The position numbers and the translations under genes were made by a program. This document shows positions 61,255-64,000 of a stretch of DNA of 64,000 nt, in pieces (the first letter of the stretch is position 1; each line of letters opens with the position of its first letter). This stretch comes from Squalus acanthias. Its lineage: Eukaryota. The stretch is from assembly GCA_030390025.1 (NCBI GenBank), contig CM059433.1:22632001-22696000 (forward strand), given 5' to 3'. The notes beneath the pieces are model-generated. The model was not told the DNA's origin and made no database searches. It worked only from the letters and a program-made list of their open reading frames with translations.

Positions 61255-62600
61255 ATTGAGTGAAATTGTCTAAGTCAGAAACCAGATTCCGAGGAAGGGC
61301 AGTGGAGGAACTGTACAGTATGAAAATAATGACAAAAATGGTTATAAAAAGACTGTATGCTCTTAAAATAGACAAGAGCCTAGAACTTCTGCTCCTTTTG
61401 TTGGGGCAAAAATGCCCATACCACGTACAGGGGCTAGAAAGTGGGACGCAACCTGTCTCTGTTGCGTTTGTGCCCCTCACTCACTGTCACATTAACCTGC
61501 GACAGAGAGAGGGTGTGTGCTTTATTTGCTTAACCCCCATCCTGATATCACTTTTGGGGATCAGGTCTCTGAGGCTCCCCAGAAATCTCCCCAGATATGT
61601 CTCTGTAATGGCCAGTTGTATATATGCTTACAAGGATGTGCCATATAGTAGCGCATGTGAGCTCCACTATGCACTACTTAAATGGCAATTAATTCCCAGA
61701 GAGATTGATTGCCATTTAAATATGAGCCCACCAGTGAGGAAGCAACAAAACATACATTGCAATTTTTGGCCCCACCGGACTACCTCTCCAGCCCTACCCT
61801 GCAGCAAGGTGCCACTCTGAAAATACTGACCGGTCCATGGGGTGGGCACCCATGTCTCGCCACTACTGATGCAGACGCCCATCCCTAATATGTAAGCCTA
61901 CAGCACAGCTATAAACGGTTAGCTAAGATGTAGCCTGTCCTTTTAAGTCATTGGTCAAGTACTTCTTGTGGATAAATGGTCTAAATAGACAAATCCAGGT
62001 AATTGTACCAGGTCATTGTAGCAGATAATTCAAGCTGCTCCTGAGATGAATTATGGAGGAATGCAGCTACTTGTAAATTTCTGCCATGAAATTGATTGCC
62101 TTTTTAAAAATTCTGACCAAGAGTGACATCTGTATTGCGATGTACAGAGGTGACGGACATTCGCTAGGCGCATGACGCTTAGATGAGGAGTATTGAAAGC
62201 AAAGTCAAAGTCCCAGACCAGTGAAGAAGTTGAGAAGCAATGCAACAGATTCAGGAAGATTTGGATCTTTCTGGTAACTAAGTTAATAGCTAGCAGATGG
62301 GGTTCAATGTGAATAATGTAAAACAATGATTATGGAAGCAATCAACCAAAAGGAGGGAATATATGTTAAATCAAACAGAGGTACTGTATTTTAAATTAGA
62401 AACTGGTCCAAGGGTTTTCTAGAGTTCTAGATGTTCCGTGCCTGGCTGCGATAAAAAGTCAAATAAAATACTGAGTTGCATTAACAAAGGGATAGAATAC
62501 AAATTACATATGGTTATATTGTTATATAAAGTATTGATAGGATCCCATCTTCAATACTATGTGCAGTTCTGGCCATAAAGGTGGGATACTACTGTCATTG
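61255..62600 (+). mobile_element. Ancient CR1 relic with a nested non-coding insert (about 61378-61925)
   Basis: KRLYALKIDKS near 61350; degraded IGSHLQYYVQFW near 62535-62570. Confidence 0.5.
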
Positions 62601-62639
62601 AGTGGGTACAAGCTCTACCATTTCAAGGCCCCATGGAAT

Positions 62640-63400
62640 CCCCAATGTGGCCATTCCAACACATTCCTGCTGGGATTACGATGGGACTCTACTAGAAGAT
62701 CCACATAATTTGACCTCCCTCACCTTTAGCATCTAAGAGAGAGAAAATTTGGTGCCAGTCTCCTCAACTGTCAGTGATGGGCAGTCACACCACTTCATTG
62801 TTCACTTCACGAACTTAGGACCAGTGCAGATTCTCAGCATGTTTGGGGTTCCACAACGGTCACTGTCTATATATCAAGTTGCTGCATTCATTCTCAGCAA
62901 CAAGCATCTCTTTTGTCATCGGCAATTCTTTTCCTTCCTTGGTAGCTTCTTCAATGCAACAAGAAATTTGCATGGACAGTGCGTCACCACTTTCACTCCT
63001 TGGCCTACTTTCATATGGTGCGCTCCTTGCTGACAAGCCAGGCCTTTAAACACAATTAACATACGCACTTATATTCGTCTTCTAAGTCAATGGTTCTGCG
63101 GTTGATTTGTTAACAAAGTTCCCACAACATATGGTGTATCGGGCATTAGCACCGTAAGAAAGTTCAGTTCAATTCTGACATGTTTCTGTGCTCACTGGTA
63201 ATGTGATATTTTTGTTTACCAATTGGAACTTAAATTTTTATCCCTGGTACAGTTCAGCACATTTGCTTGGAGATAGAACTCATCTGCAATTTGCTACATC
63301 ATCTAAGAACTCTTTGAGAGGCAGCACATTGCAGGTAGCTCCCCAATCCACTTGAAACGTGACATTTACATTGTCATTGATCTCATTGTAGAAAGAACTG
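62640..63400 (-). pseudogene. Decayed Ty3/Gypsy pol fragment (protease and RT N-terminus)
   Basis: The minus strand reads VTFQVDWGATCNVLP (about 63315-63365; compare the aspartic protease motif FxVDTGAxxNV), then MLRICTGPK...TVEE...FSLLDAK. Confidence 0.65.
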
Positions 63401-63679
63401 TCAGGATCATTTTGACTAGTGAGATTAAGGTATACAGGGCTGGGAATTCAAACACAGTCCCATTTTGCCAACTCCCCACGCAAATTATGCTGCGCAGGGC
63501 AAAATAGAAAATATAATGAAATGGAAATGAGTGCTCAAAAGATTTCTTGATCGTCTCGCTGGGAATGCACTTTCTACTCAGCTCACTCACAGCCTTTCAG
63601 GAAGTGAGTATCTTTGGCTGTATTTTTGATTGCTACAATTTAAAATTTGAACATCTGAATTGCTTTTAATTTTCTTCTG

Positions 63680-64000
63680 CATTTGAGTTTCTTGGAGGAA
63701 GAAGAAGAAGATGAAAGGAATGATGCAAGGCAGGTTTGTTTGTACCAGAAGTTGACTGCCCACAGGTTGACTGCCCTTACACATGGAGACATGTGTGCAG
63801 ACCCAGGCACATCAATCAGGACAAATGCCTTTTCAGGTTGCACTTGAAGGAAGCAGGACTGAGTTGTGCCAAGTGATGCAATCTGCCCCACAGACAGCAT
63901 CGACTACCTGTATTATCATTGCCAATGACAGTTAAGGTAACCACAGCACCACAGTTATATGCCTCCAATTCCTTCGAAGTTACCACAGGGGACGTTTGCA
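63680..64000 (+). pseudogene. Decayed Harbinger transposase N-terminus, runs off the window
   Basis: DKCLFRLHL...ELCQV...LSLPMTVKVTTAPQLYASNSFEVTTGDVC, compared with LSVAVKVTVALNFYATGSFQAAAGD. Confidence 0.72.

Noticed and set aside
1..64000. CRISPR arrays, prokaryotic operons or rRNA genes
   Set aside because: No repeat-spacer arrays, operon-like gene density or rRNA-like sequence was seen; the content is vertebrate repeat DNA.

Overview
Repeat-rich vertebrate genomic DNA. HE1-like and SacSINE1-like SINEs plus CR1 LINEs with (TTTCTATG)n tails point to a cartilaginous fish, probably a shark (inference). No intact host gene is visible. The window is dominated by CR1 LINEs and by PIF/Harbinger DNA transposons carrying two convergent genes: a spliced Myb/SANT-like gene and a DDE transposase. 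One Harbinger copy (9123-13281) is full length, has TIRs and a 3-bp TSD, and keeps an uninterrupted 386-aa transposase. A diverged sister copy (26119-31149), many relics and a MITE are also present. Other elements include Penelope-like elements (one tandem insertion carries two minimal hammerhead ribozymes), two long solo LTRs with 4-bp TSDs and a decayed Gypsy pol fragment. Removing CR1 insertions by eye reveals a chain of phase-compatible minus-strand exons (about 54451 to 40426) that may be a dead host gene I cannot name. Boundaries of old relics are approximate, and all calls are by eye without database searches.
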